A DNA stretch of 63,060 nucleotides, the filler included, from Reclinomonas americana ATCC 50394 (lineage: Eukaryota): assembly GCA_048213135.1 (NCBI GenBank). It is 21 parts of 21 records of this genome, joined end to end, with 100 filler letters (N's around TTAATTAATTAA, not from the genome) between each part and the next. Parts side by side here need not be neighbours in the genome. Positions count along the whole stretch, not along the records: positions 1 to 5,339 come from AFZH01020133.1; positions 5,440 to 6,670 come from AFZH01020135.1; positions 6,771 to 10,637 come from AFZH01020136.1; positions 10,738 to 14,611 come from AFZH01020137.1; 17 more parts are not named here. One strand, 5' to 3'. The stretch's first letter is position 1; every line of letters starts with the position of its first letter. Below, one piece after another: positions 1 through 11,012 of this stretch. Below the pieces are notes generated by a model, which had not been told where the DNA came from, made no database searches, and worked only from the letters and a program-made list of their open reading frames with translations. The translations under genes were made by a program, and so were the position numbers.

Positions 1-397
1 TAACAAAACAAGGGAAAGAACAAAGGAGGGGCAAAGAAAGAAATAGGGGAGTTTCTTTTTTTTAGGCGGCGGGTCAGGAGGAGGAGAAAAAGAAACTGCT
101 GCAACCCAGCAGCTTTTTTCCTCCCTTCCCACACACAAACACTTATCTGACAGGGCAAATAAACAAAGAGTGGAGACCAACAAAGGAGAGAGAGCAAGGG
201 GTGGTGGCGCGCACAACACACGAAAAAAAGAGGGCGCGCCAAACTCCCACCCCTTCTACTCCTCCTGTCAGTTCCACCAACACACGGTACAACAAGCAAC
301 CACATATATCGAGCGATATGGGAATACAGAGAGAGATGAAGAAACAGAGACACACAAAGAAACAAGTATTTGGCAACAACAACACAGGGGTGCACGC

Positions 398-3300
398 TTA
401 CTGTGCACCGACAGCGGGTGCGAGCATCAGCATCTCCATCGGGTGCGCCACAAAGCAGCCCGGCGACGATGGCGACGACGACGACACCGACGAGAACGAC
501 GCCGTGGCGGTGAGCTCGTCCATGTTGAACGAGAACTCATCGTCGTCGGCGTCGTCCAGCAGTCCACCGAGCGCCGGCGAGAGCGGCGGAGTGAGACCGC
601 TGCCGCCCACCGAGTCGGCCACGCACACATCCTCCGACGTCGGGAACGTCAGCAGGTACGAAAACGCTGCTGCCGCCGCCGCCGTGGCATGCGCGTACGC
701 GTGCGAGCGCGACGTCATGGTGGTCGCCGTGGTAGCCATCGACAGCAGCGACGGAGTCACCGTGGAGCCGCAGCAGTCGAGGCCCAGCAGGCGCGACGAG
801 GCGGCCGACACAAAGTGCGCCAGTGTCAGCTGCGGGTGGGAGCGTTGCCACTCGGTGGCGTACGACGCCAACAACTGGCGCGCCTGCACCAGATCTGTCG
901 CGTAGCCGGCACCCGAACGACCCGTCGACAGGCACGCCGCCACTGCACGCTGGCACGCGTCGGCGTCATTCTCAAACGCCACGTAGGGCTCAATTCGGAG
1001 CACATTGGCATCCTGAACCCACACCTAGATATGGAAAGGAAAGGGATGTGAACACAAAGGCAGAGGAGACTTGGTTGCCGTAAAACTCACGTCTGGGCGG
1101 TCATCGAGCACCACAGCCGAGGCCACGTGCACGTGCACACCGAGGCGACGGAGATCCTTGACGCAGGCGTCGGGGTGCTGCGGCGGGCATTGCCACGCCG
1201 ACACCGACGACGTCGAGGCGGCATGACGCAGCGACTCGCGCGAAACCACATGACGAATCACGTCGCGCGACGGGTCCAACAGCGCCACCACCGCGTCCAC
1301 ATAGGCCGCCACACCGGCCGAGCAGACCACCACCTCAATCAGGTGCGACACGGAACGCAACCAGGCCATGAGGTCACGCGCACCAGGACGCACGCTGACC
1401 ACCACCGTCTCCACGACAAATTCGTCGCACGACGGCGCCGCCGCCGAAGCAGAAAACAAGGAAACGCTGTTGGCGTCTCCATCGTTACCGTCCTCGTCGT
1501 CCACCGCATCCGCGTCCGTCGCCAAAGTCGCAACGGATTGCAGCGGCGACCACAGGGGCGACGACAGGAACGACGAAGGCCAGGAAGAGGAGGAAGAAGA
1601 CAGCTTGGTCTTCGGGTGCTTCACCTCCAGCACGTGCGTGTCGTCGGGAGCGAACCAGCGATACCGGCGTACGGCGCGCTCGTCGACTTCGGAGGAGGCG
1701 TGGACCTGGGTAGGCGGGAAAGGAGGTGAGAAATGGGAATGGGGGGTGGTGAAGGGGGATGAAGGGGAAGGGGGATAGGGGGGAAGAGGGGGGGAAGAGG
1801 GGGGGAAGAGGGGAAAGAGGGGAAGGGAAGAGGCACAGGAGAGGGAAAGATACGAAGATGCAAGCGCGAGAAACTTGGCAAGTACCCGTCAAGAGAAAGA
1901 GCCGATAGATGAGAACAGAGGTCCGTAAAAGACGGCTCAAGCGTGAAGAAGATGACACAAACGCGCGAGAAACCAGCAAGTGCTCGACAATCGCATGCGA
2001 GAGAAAGAGCCGAAAGACTAGGAGGGAAGAACAGGGGAGTGAAAGACGGCTCAAGAGTAGAAACGATGAGACAAGCAAAGAAGAAGTGAGAAGAGGACGA
2101 AGGCGAGACAGGAAAAAAGAGAAGAGACAAGCAAGAAAACTGCTAAGTGCTTCATCAGGAGAGGAGAGAAGAGAAGAGAAGAGGAGAGAGACGCGAGGGG
2201 ACAAGCGCGACACACCGGCAAATGCTTCGCAGGAGAGGACGGAGAGAGGAGAGTGTGCAACGGCAGCAAAGCGAAGAGAGCTTCCGGACACAAGAAATCA
2301 ACTAGAACGGGCGATGATGCAGAGTGGAACGGTCGACACCTCCCTCCACGACCACCTCTCAAAGGGCAACACCAGGGAGCACCCGAAAGCACAGCGAAAC
2401 CAAGACAGCACAAGCAAGAAGAAAACAGAGGAAGTACACAGTAAAGAGTGACACCCTATTTGAGCGCGAATGCACCAAAGAGCAGTGCCGCACAAACGAG
2501 AACGGTCGACAACACCAAAAGGAGACCTCGTGATGATCATCGCGCGCAAACGAGAGCGAGAGCTCAGAGAGGGACACAGAGGAGAGAGTGAGAGAGCACG
2601 CGCACAAGCAGACAACACCACAATGAGGGAATCACGCAAAAAAAACAACAAGGAAACCAACACAGAATCCAAGACGCACATGCTGATCGCAAAGCAACAG
2701 AGAGGGAGAGACAGGAGGAGGAGACAAGAGACACAATACAGAGAGAGAGGTGATGATTGTCACCCGCAAATGGAAGAGGCGATGATGACTGCGTAAGAAC
2801 GGTCGGCAGCGGCAAACCACAATAAACAAAAGAAACAAACAACACAAGAAAACAATGAGACAGAAAGACAAGGAAGAGGAAGTGGAAGACGAGAGAAAGA
2901 GAAGGAAAAACCGCACAAATAAGTGAACAGACGATCACGCGCGCGCGCGGGAACGGAAATGCACAATGGACGACAGCAACACAGGGCAACAGAGAGGGAC
3001 AGCGAGTAAGGCGAGACAAGATCAGAGGAGAAGAGGGGAGAGAGGGAGAGAGAAAGAGTGAGCGTCGTGACGCGCTCATCGCCACCCGAAAAACAGGAAG
3101 AGAATCTGCAAATCAACACCATGCAACGAAACCACAACACACACAGACAGAGACACACACAGAGGGACAGCCAACAGAGAAAGAGAGCGCGCGCAACACG
3201 CCGCGTGCGAAATGCCCAACAAGAACACAAAAAAAGACGTTTTCCTTCTTCCCTCTCACACACTCACCAACGTGTGATCCAAGTCCAGCACCACCGTCAA

Positions 3301-4031
3301 CCGCGACGTGATCAACCGCGCACGCAGGCGATACCGCCCCTCTGCCTCACCACACCCACTGCTGCTCTCCAGCAACAGCGTGCGCCCGCCCGCCACAGCC
3401 ACCGCAAGCACACAAGTCTACGAGAGAGTGAGCGCAAAGAGAGAGAGAGAGGCAGGGAGCGTCACTCACCAGTGCAGAGGTGCTCTCGAGGAGGCCATCC
3501 AGCTCGGCCAGCGACGCAGAGGGCCCCAAAACGGCACCAATCACCGGTTCTGCTTGAAGCACCGCGCCACTTGTCACAGGCAACGCCATTGCGCTGTGTA
3601 ACAGAGAAGGGTGGAGGTGAGCGCGCATTAAAAAAAAAACGGTGTGATGGCCGATCATCAGCGCGCACGAGGCACACGTCTTGACTTTCTCATCTTGTGC
3701 TTTGTGTGTTATACGCAACAGTTCAGTGGAGGAGCCGATGAGCGTGAGGCGGCCGAGCACTTGGCCTTGCACAATGAGACGACGCGTGACCTGTGTGCAG
3801 ATCGAACATTTGCGTGTGTGTGTCAGTGAAGACGCGACATATGTCGTTGCTCATAATCAACACACAAACCTTTTCCATTGTTGCGTCGTGTGGGAAGAGT
3901 GGTGGTGAGGAGGTCTGCGAGGGTGTTGGTGTTGTTGTTGTTGTGGTTGTTGACTTTGGTGCAGTGGAAAACAAGCCGCCCCACATGGTGCTACTTGGTG
4001 GGGGTTGGAACAGGGAGCGCGGGGAGGACAT
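398..4031 (-). CDS. FCP1/SCP (NIF)-family HAD phosphatase (RNA Pol II CTD-phosphatase-like), 6 exons
   Basis: Spliced exons 4031-3870, 3790-3678, 3593-3470, 3417-3268, 1705-1091, 1024-398 (all GT..AG, in frame) give TVVLDLDHTL|VHAS (HAD DxDxT motif), VRPGARDL, YVDAVVALLDP, KDLRRLG, VLDDRPD|VW. No BRCT domain recognised. Confidence 0.85.
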
Positions 4032-4536
4032 TGCCAAGAGGAGGGACACAGTGTGTTGTGTTGTGAAAGAAAAGGACGCACACAGCGCGCGCTCGAAGCA
4101 CTGCGACGAAATTGGGATTGTTGTTCGATCTCCAGTCGATGGAATTTCGACGAAATTGAATGTGAAAGCTATCTTTAGCGCACACTCTCGCCGTCTTCTC
4201 TGTGTGGCGCGATAGTGATGCGTGCGGGAGTGCGAGAGTGTGCATGTGCGTTTATCGGAATTATTGGCTTTTTTGTGGTATGGGGAAGCTGGTAATTCGA
4301 TTTCGAATTCAACGCGAAATCGAAGTCGAAGCACGCGCGGGCAGTTGCAGGGCGGGTGGAACACCTGCGGTTTGACATGATGATGATGTGGTTTGGCGAA
4401 GATGTGAAGGATGCGCTGCGTGCCGAGGTGAATTTGGTGGAAAAACTGGCACGATCGATCGCAGCGCTGCGGCCGCGTTGTCGCTGGATCACCCCCGGTG
4501 TTTGTTGTTGCAAGAAATCAACATGTGACACGCCGT

Positions 4537-4992
4537 TCACTTCGTCGCCTTCTCCTCAACTCTCGGCTGCTCGAGATCGCCGTCGAACACGACAATGGTC
4601 GGCGGTGTCGTGCGAAAATCGCTGACGCGGATCCACCTCGGCCGGACGCGAAAGTAGGCCATGTCGGGATTCGTCGCTCGCTCGTGGCCATCCGGAAAGC
4701 GCTGCAGGTAGAGCTCCTTGAGTCGCAGCAATTCTGCGCCAACGGGCTCATCGGCCACACCCTCAATCTGCGCCGTCCGCCCATCGTCCCAGCCAATGAC
4801 CATGGCAGCGCGTGGATTCGCTCGCAGATTGCCGGCTTTCCGCGAAGTTGTGAGCGTGTCGAAGACGAGCTCGAGCTGGTCAGAGATCGCCACGCCGACA
4901 ACAGCCGCCTGTGGACCGCCGTCGCCTGTGACAGATGCCTCCACCGCCCACGGTTGGGAGCGCAGGAACGCCAGCAGCTCATCGCGTGTCAT
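4537..4992 (-). CDS. Pyridoxamine 5'-phosphate oxidase-like (FMN/F420 split-barrel) protein, intronless, ~151 aa
   Basis: MTRDELLAFLRSQPWAVEASVTGDGGPQAAVVG...SRKAGNLRANPRAAMVIG...AQIEGVA...YFRVRPRWIRVSDF matches the PPOX-family pattern (S-R-K-x-x-N-L-x-x-N-P). ATG at 4992 chosen over upstream in-frame starts. Confidence 0.85.
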   Translation of the reverse strand: MTRDELLAFLRSQPWAVEASVTGDGGPQAAVVGVAISDQLELVFDTLTTSRKAGNLRANPRAAMVIGWDDGRTAQIEGVADEPVGAELLRLKELYLQRFPDGHERATNPDMAYFRVRPRWIRVSDFRTTPPTIVVFDGDLEQPRVEEKATK

Positions 4993-5339
4993 TTGGTCGG
5001 ATGTGGATGTAGTGCGTGTCACCACGGCGAGTGAACGTGTTGTGTTGTGTGCACGACGCGAGTTCACGCCAGATTGATTGTCCATCAACGTGCCCGTCTG
5101 TGTCATGGGGTCATGCATGCCCAAGTACTTGAGACCGACGTCGTTCGGTCGCGTTATGGCCGTCCTATTCGAATGCCAACACTCATCACAAGCGCGGACA
5201 TACGAAGCCTTTCCCTTTCCTCTACTCTCACCTCCCGCTTCATTACCTCGCCAAATTGGCGTGAATATTTCTCCTCGCCGCCAACCTCAACGACGACACA
5301 CCCTTCTTCTCCCCCTCCTCCACCTCCTCATCCTCTTCC

Positions 5340-5439
5340 NNNNNNNNNNNNNNNNNNNNNNNNNNNNNNNNNNNNNNNNNNNNTTAATTAATTAANNNNN
5401 NNNNNNNNNNNNNNNNNNNNNNNNNNNNNNNNNNNNNNN
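5340..5439. other. Assembly gap linker N44-TTAATTAATTAA-N44 (first of 20)
   Basis: Identical 100-bp linkers start at 5340, 6671, 10638, 14612, 17316, 19634, 23581, 26989, 30225, 31988, 34486, 35999, 37378, 41400, 45451, 49484, 51677, 57755, 59447, 60636. The core gives stop codons in all six frames. Confidence 0.99.
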
Positions 5440-5802
5440 AAGGAGGAGAACGAGAGAAAGAGAGAGAAGAAAAAGAGAGAAAAGAGAGTACAGAGAAGAG
5501 AGTGTGATTGAGAGAGAGAGACGCACACACGAACACATGCACACAACCACCCCACAGAAATACAATAAACAGAATAGGTAAAGGGAGCACGCGCACGATA
5601 ACAAAAAGACGCACGCACATACAAGCACCCCGAAAACACACATACCCCACAGCAACAGCATCGACATGAAACACGCACGCGCGAACACACATACAGACAC
5701 ATCAACAACAGACATTAACAACAACAACAAAGACGCACACACGATAAAACAGTGAGCGCCGCGCAGCAGACGAGACACACCCTTCCACTTCAAAGCCCTC
5801 AC

Positions 5803-6613
5803 CTCCAGCTCCTTGGGCAAGGCATACATCTCGGCCTCCAGATTGGCCAACTGCAAGTGAGCCGCCGTCTCCGACTCCTGGCTGACCGCCGCCGCATCGT
5901 TCGTGTCACTGCCGACGGAGATGTACAGCGGCGAGAACAACCCGAGACGCGCCAGCGTTTCGGGGTGGCGTGTGAGTGTGGCGCTCACGAGAATCTTTTG
6001 CAGCTGTGCGATTCGGGAAGAGTGAGGGAGGGTGAAGCCAAGCAAAGGTCACTCCAGAAATGACGCAACGTAGGGAGTGGTGGTGACCGCGCGCGCCGCA
6101 TTGCTGAGCACGGCGTCGGGGCGTCGCGTGAGATGCTGCGGGAGGCGCGTGGCCGGCAGTGCACTCCACAGCGTGTGCAGGAAGTCGAAATAGGATTGAT
6201 TGAGCAAGCGATCCGCCTCTGCGCACAAAATGAGAACGGGAGTGAGAAAAGCAAGAGAAAACCACCTGCCTGTCCTTCCCGCTTATCACTCTCCCTTTCC
6301 CCTCGGAAAGCAAGAGAAAAAAACACCTGCCTGTCCTTCCCGCTTATCACTCTCTCTTCCCCACTGAAAGCACAAGAAAAATAACCTGTCTGACCTTCCC
6401 CCGTCTCCCATTCCTCCACTCTCCCTTTCCTCTGAAAGCACAAGAAAAATCACCTGTCTGTCCTTCCGCCCTTCCTCTTTCTTCACTCTCCCCTCTGAAA
6501 GTACAAAAAAATCACCTGTCTAACCTTCCCCTTCCCACTCTCCCTTTCCCCTCTGAAGCACAGGAAAATCACCTGTCTGACTCCCCCCTCCCTCTTTTCT
6601 TCACTCCCTGCCT

Positions 6614-6645
<32 letters not shown>

Positions 6646-8354
6646 CTCTGTCGTACGACGACGACGACGANNNNNNNNNNNNNNNNNNNNNNNNNNNNNN
6701 NNNNNNNNNNNNNNTTAATTAATTAANNNNNNNNNNNNNNNNNNNNNNNNNNNNNNNNNNNNNNNNNNNNCAGTTAGGATCTCGCACATGACTTCTTGCT
6801 TTCTTACTTTCTCCTCTCTCTCTCTCTCTCTCTGTGCGCGCGGCGAAAGAGACGCAAGGGAGCAGTACACATAGCCTTCTTCACTCAAAGCTGCGCGTGG
6901 TCACTTCCGAACACACTCAGCGAGAGGTGTCAATGCGAGAGAAAGCAAGGAAGGAAGAGTGGGTGGGGAGCTCTCCTTGAGGAAAGAAAAACTCAAGATG
7001 CTCGCGGGCAACAAAGTGACGTGGTTTCTCACATACTTCTCCTTTCCAAGTCAGCAAGTTTCGAGCTGAGACGAGTTCTCTCCCTCTCTCGTCTCTGTCC
7101 AAGTCAAGAAGAACACTCAACCACACACAATCCAGTGTCTCCCAACCTGCCTCGTTCTCGGCTTCACAGCTCCCCCCAAGTGAAGAAGAACCCTCGCACA
7201 ACCCAGCTTCTTTCACCATACCTCGCCCTCGTCTTCTCATCAGCCCAAGTCAAATAATACTCTCGACCACAAACCCAGCTTCTTTCAACCTGCCTCGCTC
7301 TCGCCTTCTGGTCTCTGTCCAAGTCAAGAGGAACACTCAACCACACAGCCCAGCTTCCCAACCTGCCTCGCTCTCGCCTTCTCATCTCTCCCCAAATGGA
7401 GAAGCCCTCTCGACCACACAGAACAGCTTCTCAACCTGCCACTCGCCTTCTGGTCTCTGTCCAAGTCAAGGAGAACTCTCAACCACACAGAACAGCTTCT
7501 CAACCTGCCTCGCGCTCGCCTTCTGGTCTCTGTCCAAGTCAAGAAGAACTCTCAACCACACAGCCCAGCTTCTCAACCTGCCTCAGTCCCGCCTTCTCAT
7601 ATCTCTCCGAGTGAAGAAGAACCCTCGCACAGCCCAGCTTCTCTTAACCCTCCTCCCTCTCTTCTCCCTCTCTCGCACTACGCACCTTCCGCATCGCCTT
7701 TGCAATGCACGGATGAAACAAATCCTCCACCGCACTCAGCGGCAACAATCCCACTCGCTCAGTCGCTCCTCTCAACGAAGAAGAAGAAGACGAAGAGTCA
7801 CCACTCTCCACTGTGGCATTCTTTGCTCGTTTCCTGCACAGAAAGAGAGACACAGAGAGAGATGGTGAGTGAGTGCAGGGAGGGAGAGGGAGAGAGCAAA
7901 GTCAGCAGCGAAATGCAGCTGTTTTCACGTGCATTCCGTCCCTCACACTGTCGCTCATACATGGACATGTGAGTGAGAGGAGAGGAGAGGTGAGGAGAGG
8001 AGAGGAGAGGAGAGGAGAGGAGAGAGAGAGAGATAGAGTAAGGAAGGGAGAGGAGAGGAGAGGTGAGGAGAGGAGAGGAGAGGAGAGAGAGGTAGAGTAA
8101 GGAAAGGGAGTGAGAATGGAAAAGAAAAGAGAGCAAGCAAGGGATAGAAAGGTGAGAGAGAGAGAGAGAGAGACAAAGAGCAAGGAAGAGATTGGGAGAA
8201 AGAGAGGACAGTGAGCCACAGGCGACAAAAGAAGGGAAAAAGAGAGAGAGAGAGAAAGAGAGAAAGAGAGACTGATGCAACACATGACTCTCAATGCATT
8301 CCTCTCTCTCTCTGCGCAAACATGCAAAGTCAACACAGAGCTCATCGCATGCAG

Positions 8355-8386
<32 letters not shown>

Positions 8387-8680
8387 GAACGTGAGTACGT
8401 GCATGACTGTGTGTGTTATTAAAGTCAGAACACTGTTCTTCACACGCAGCTCTCTTGTTCTCTTCACTCTTCTCTCTCTCTCTCTCTGTGTGTGTGTGTG
8501 CCTCTCTCTGTGTGTGTGTGCCTCTCTGTGTGCGTGTGAGAATGCATGTGTGTATGTTTCATGCAAGTATCACTCACACCCTTTCCCTCTGCCCTCCCTC
8601 TCACGCAACATCGGCCTCTCCTCCTTCTCCTCCTGCTCCACCAGCACATCCTTCTCCAACGCTCTCTTCCTCGACGACAT
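5803..8680 (-). CDS. DDX51: DEAD-box RNA helicase DDX51/Dbp6-like (partial; middle and 3' exons lost in gaps)
   Basis: Exons 8680-8610 (MSSRKRALEK..), 7833-7686 (..LFHPCIAKAMRK, pre-Q-motif), 6218-6070 (EADRLLNQSYFDF, motif II) and ~6003-5803 (LQKILVSATLTRHPETLARLGLFSP, the motif III context typical of Dbp6/DDX51; ..YALPKELE). Confidence 0.8.
6245..6600. repeat. Intronic minisatellite, ~60-70 bp unit, ~6 copies
   Basis: Recurring GAAAGCA(C)AAGAAAAATCACCTGTCTGTCCTTCCC..CACTCTCCCTTTCC. Confidence 0.85.
7035..7650. repeat. Intronic minisatellite, ~68 bp unit, ~8-9 degenerate copies
   Basis: Recurring CTGTCCAAGTCAAGAAGAACACTCAACCACACAGCCCAGCTTCTCAACCTGCCTCGCTCTCGCCTTCT. Confidence 0.85.
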
Positions 8681-8724
8681 GACACAAACAAACAAACAAC
8701 GAAACACAAAGACGGAGACAAAAT

Positions 8725-8770
<46 letters not shown>

Positions 8771-8772
<2 letters not shown>

Positions 8773-9238
8773 GGAGCTGGCCATCCCCACTCTCCTCCAC
8801 CACGCACTGCACTCCGCGTGGACGCGCCTCCACTCCCTGCTTCTCACTGCCTCGACATTGCCTAGCGCATCTGAGAATCTCTGGTCGCTCTTGTCACACT
8901 CTGCGAGTGAGAGGAGTGCGTGGTGGTGGACGTGGCGAGTGCAGGTGATGGCGAGGCGCGGCGAGTATGTGTGGTCGCATGTGCGGAAAGGGATGGCGTT
9001 GGCGAGGGAATTGGAGGGGAAGGAGGAGGAGGAAAAGGTCGTGCGGAAGGGTGTGGTGCAGGGGTTGGAGTATTGGAGGCGGGTGTATGAGTTGCGGAGG
9101 TGGTGGGAGGGAGGGGAGGGTAAGGGGAAGAGAGAAGAGTTGTCTTTATCGTCGCTTGGGGGCGGTCTCTGTTCACTGGGTAGCTGTGTCGTGAGGTGCC
9201 TTGCTTGTAATCGCCGGAAGAGCTGTCTTCATCTTTGA
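8771..9238 (+). CDS. Hypothetical protein (possible first exon of a gene divergent from DDX51)
   Basis: ATG immediately after a (CA)n tract, 90 bp from the DDX51 start. MELAIPTLLHHALHSAWTRL... looks coding but has no recognisable family, and its 3' part runs into a repeat array. Confidence 0.35.
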
Positions 9239-9860
9239 GCTGTGCTGTTCACTGGGAAGCTGTGTTGTGAGGTTTCTTGCTTGTAATCGCCGGAAGAGCT
9301 GTCTTAATCGTCACTGGGGAAGCTGGATTGTTTGCAGTCTTCAGTTGCATTGTTGCTGTGTGTGTCTGCACGATAAACTGTCTATTTTTCTTGAGAAGAG
9401 CTGTCTTGATCGTCCGTGTTGAGGCACGAGAGTTGGAAGGGTGTGGTTTCAAGGGTTGGAGTATTGGAGGAGGGTGTATGAGTTGCGGAGGAGGTGGGAG
9501 GGAGGGAGGGAGACTGGGAAGAGCTGTCTTTATCGTCGCTTGGGGGCGGTCTCTGTTCTTTGGGAAGCTGCGTTGTGAGGTGCCTTGCATGCAGCTGTGA
9601 GAAACGCTGTCTTGTTCGTCACTGGAAGCTGGATTGTTTGCTACGAGTCTGCGCGAAAAGCCTTCTCTTCTTCATCTTTGAGCTGTGCGGTTCACTGGGA
9701 AGCAGTGTCGTGAGCTGTCTTGCTTGAAATCGCCGGAAGAGCTGCCTTGATCGTCACTCGACCGTAGGATTGCTTGCTGTCTTCAGTTGCATTGTTGCTG
9801 TGTGTGTGTCTGCGCGAAAAGTTTTCTCTTGAGCTGCAGAAGCTGTGTCGAGGGCGTATC
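9040..9860. repeat. Degenerate tandem/segmental duplications
   Basis: GGTTGGAGTATTGGAGG.GGGTGTATGAGTTGCGGAGG at ~9063 and ~9454; repeated GTTCACTGGGAAGCTGTGT.GTGAG...CTTGCTTGTAATCGCCGGAAGAGCTGTCTT units. Confidence 0.8.
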
Positions 9861-10935
9861 GCTGTCTCTCTTCCAACCTTGTGGAGCTGCCTCGCTCTCA
9901 TTTTGTGGCAACAGTTCTCTTCCCCTTCCGCCCCTTCTCCTCCCGTTGCTTACTCTTCACACAGGGAACGTCACGGTCGCTCCTCCCCCTCCACCACCGA
10001 CCTCCGCATGCGTCTCCACCACCGAATCCACCCACCAGCACCACTCTCATGAGCCCATTCAAGCAACGTCGACAGCAGAAAAGCGACGGCAACATATCGA
10101 CATCGATATTTCCACGCACAAGAACGCGATCGAAAAAAAAAGCGCAAGAGCTCTGCGTTATCACCAGACGCTCTACAGTGAACCACTTCGCAAGTCGCAA
10201 TTCGCTTCCTCCCAACGCTGTAACGAACGTCGCGTGTCCTCGCAATCATCCTTGCTCTTTGCGCGCGCGCACTCAGTCTCTCTCCTCTCGCGCGATGACG
10301 TGGCGCCCTCGCCACCGACGCGACGTTCCCTGCTGTCAAGGCCTCACACATCACGTTCTCGAGAAATGCCCATGCAGTTACGACGATTCCCCTCTCTCTC
10401 TCACTCTCTCTCTCTCTCTCTCTCTCTGACTCTTTCCACAGTGTGTCAGTGGTTCCTCTGTGTGCCCTCCTGCTGTGCATGCTGTGGAGGCTGCGATAAG
10501 GCACTGTGTCTGCAGATCAGATCGTCGCTCAATCGATCGTGTCAAGGCGAAGGCGTGGCAGTCGTTGCGCAACAGAGGGAGAGAGAGAGGGAAAGAGAGA
10601 GGGAGAGAGGGAAAGAGAGAGGGAGAGAGAGAGAGAANNNNNNNNNNNNNNNNNNNNNNNNNNNNNNNNNNNNNNNNNNNNTTAATTAATTAANNNNNNN
10701 NNNNNNNNNNNNNNNNNNNNNNNNNNNNNNNNNNNNNAGAGAGAGGAGGGAGAGAGAGAGAGAGTGAATGCATAGTATGAGAGAGAGAGAGAGGGAAAGA
10801 GGAAGAGAGACAGCAACATACGGAGAAGGAGAGAGAGAGAGAGAGAGAGAGAAAGAGCGAGAGAGTGAGATAGAGAGAGGAGAGAGTGCGAGTGAGATAG
10901 AGAGAGACTGAGAGAAAGAGAGAGCGGAGCAGATC

Positions 10936-10971
<36 letters not shown>

Positions 10972-11012
10972 GGAGGAGAGACAAGCAGCTTACCCTGTCT
11001 CTCTCTTGACAG

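Noticed and set aside
1485..3263. Many long Ser/Leu/Phe- or Arg/Glu-rich ORFs here and throughout the window
   Set aside because: Translations of CT/GA-rich intron sequence that lacks stop codons by composition.
5384..5395. Palindromic TTAATTAATTAA repeated 20 times (possible piggyBac TTAA site or regulatory element)
   Set aside because: Always centred in exactly 44+44 Ns; an artificial six-frame-stop scaffold linker.
6057..6062. In-frame TGA inside the DDX51 reading frame (possible recoding or pseudogene)
   Set aside because: Removed by a ~66-nt intron starting GTTGCGT at 6069; TGA, TAA and TAG all act as normal stops elsewhere.
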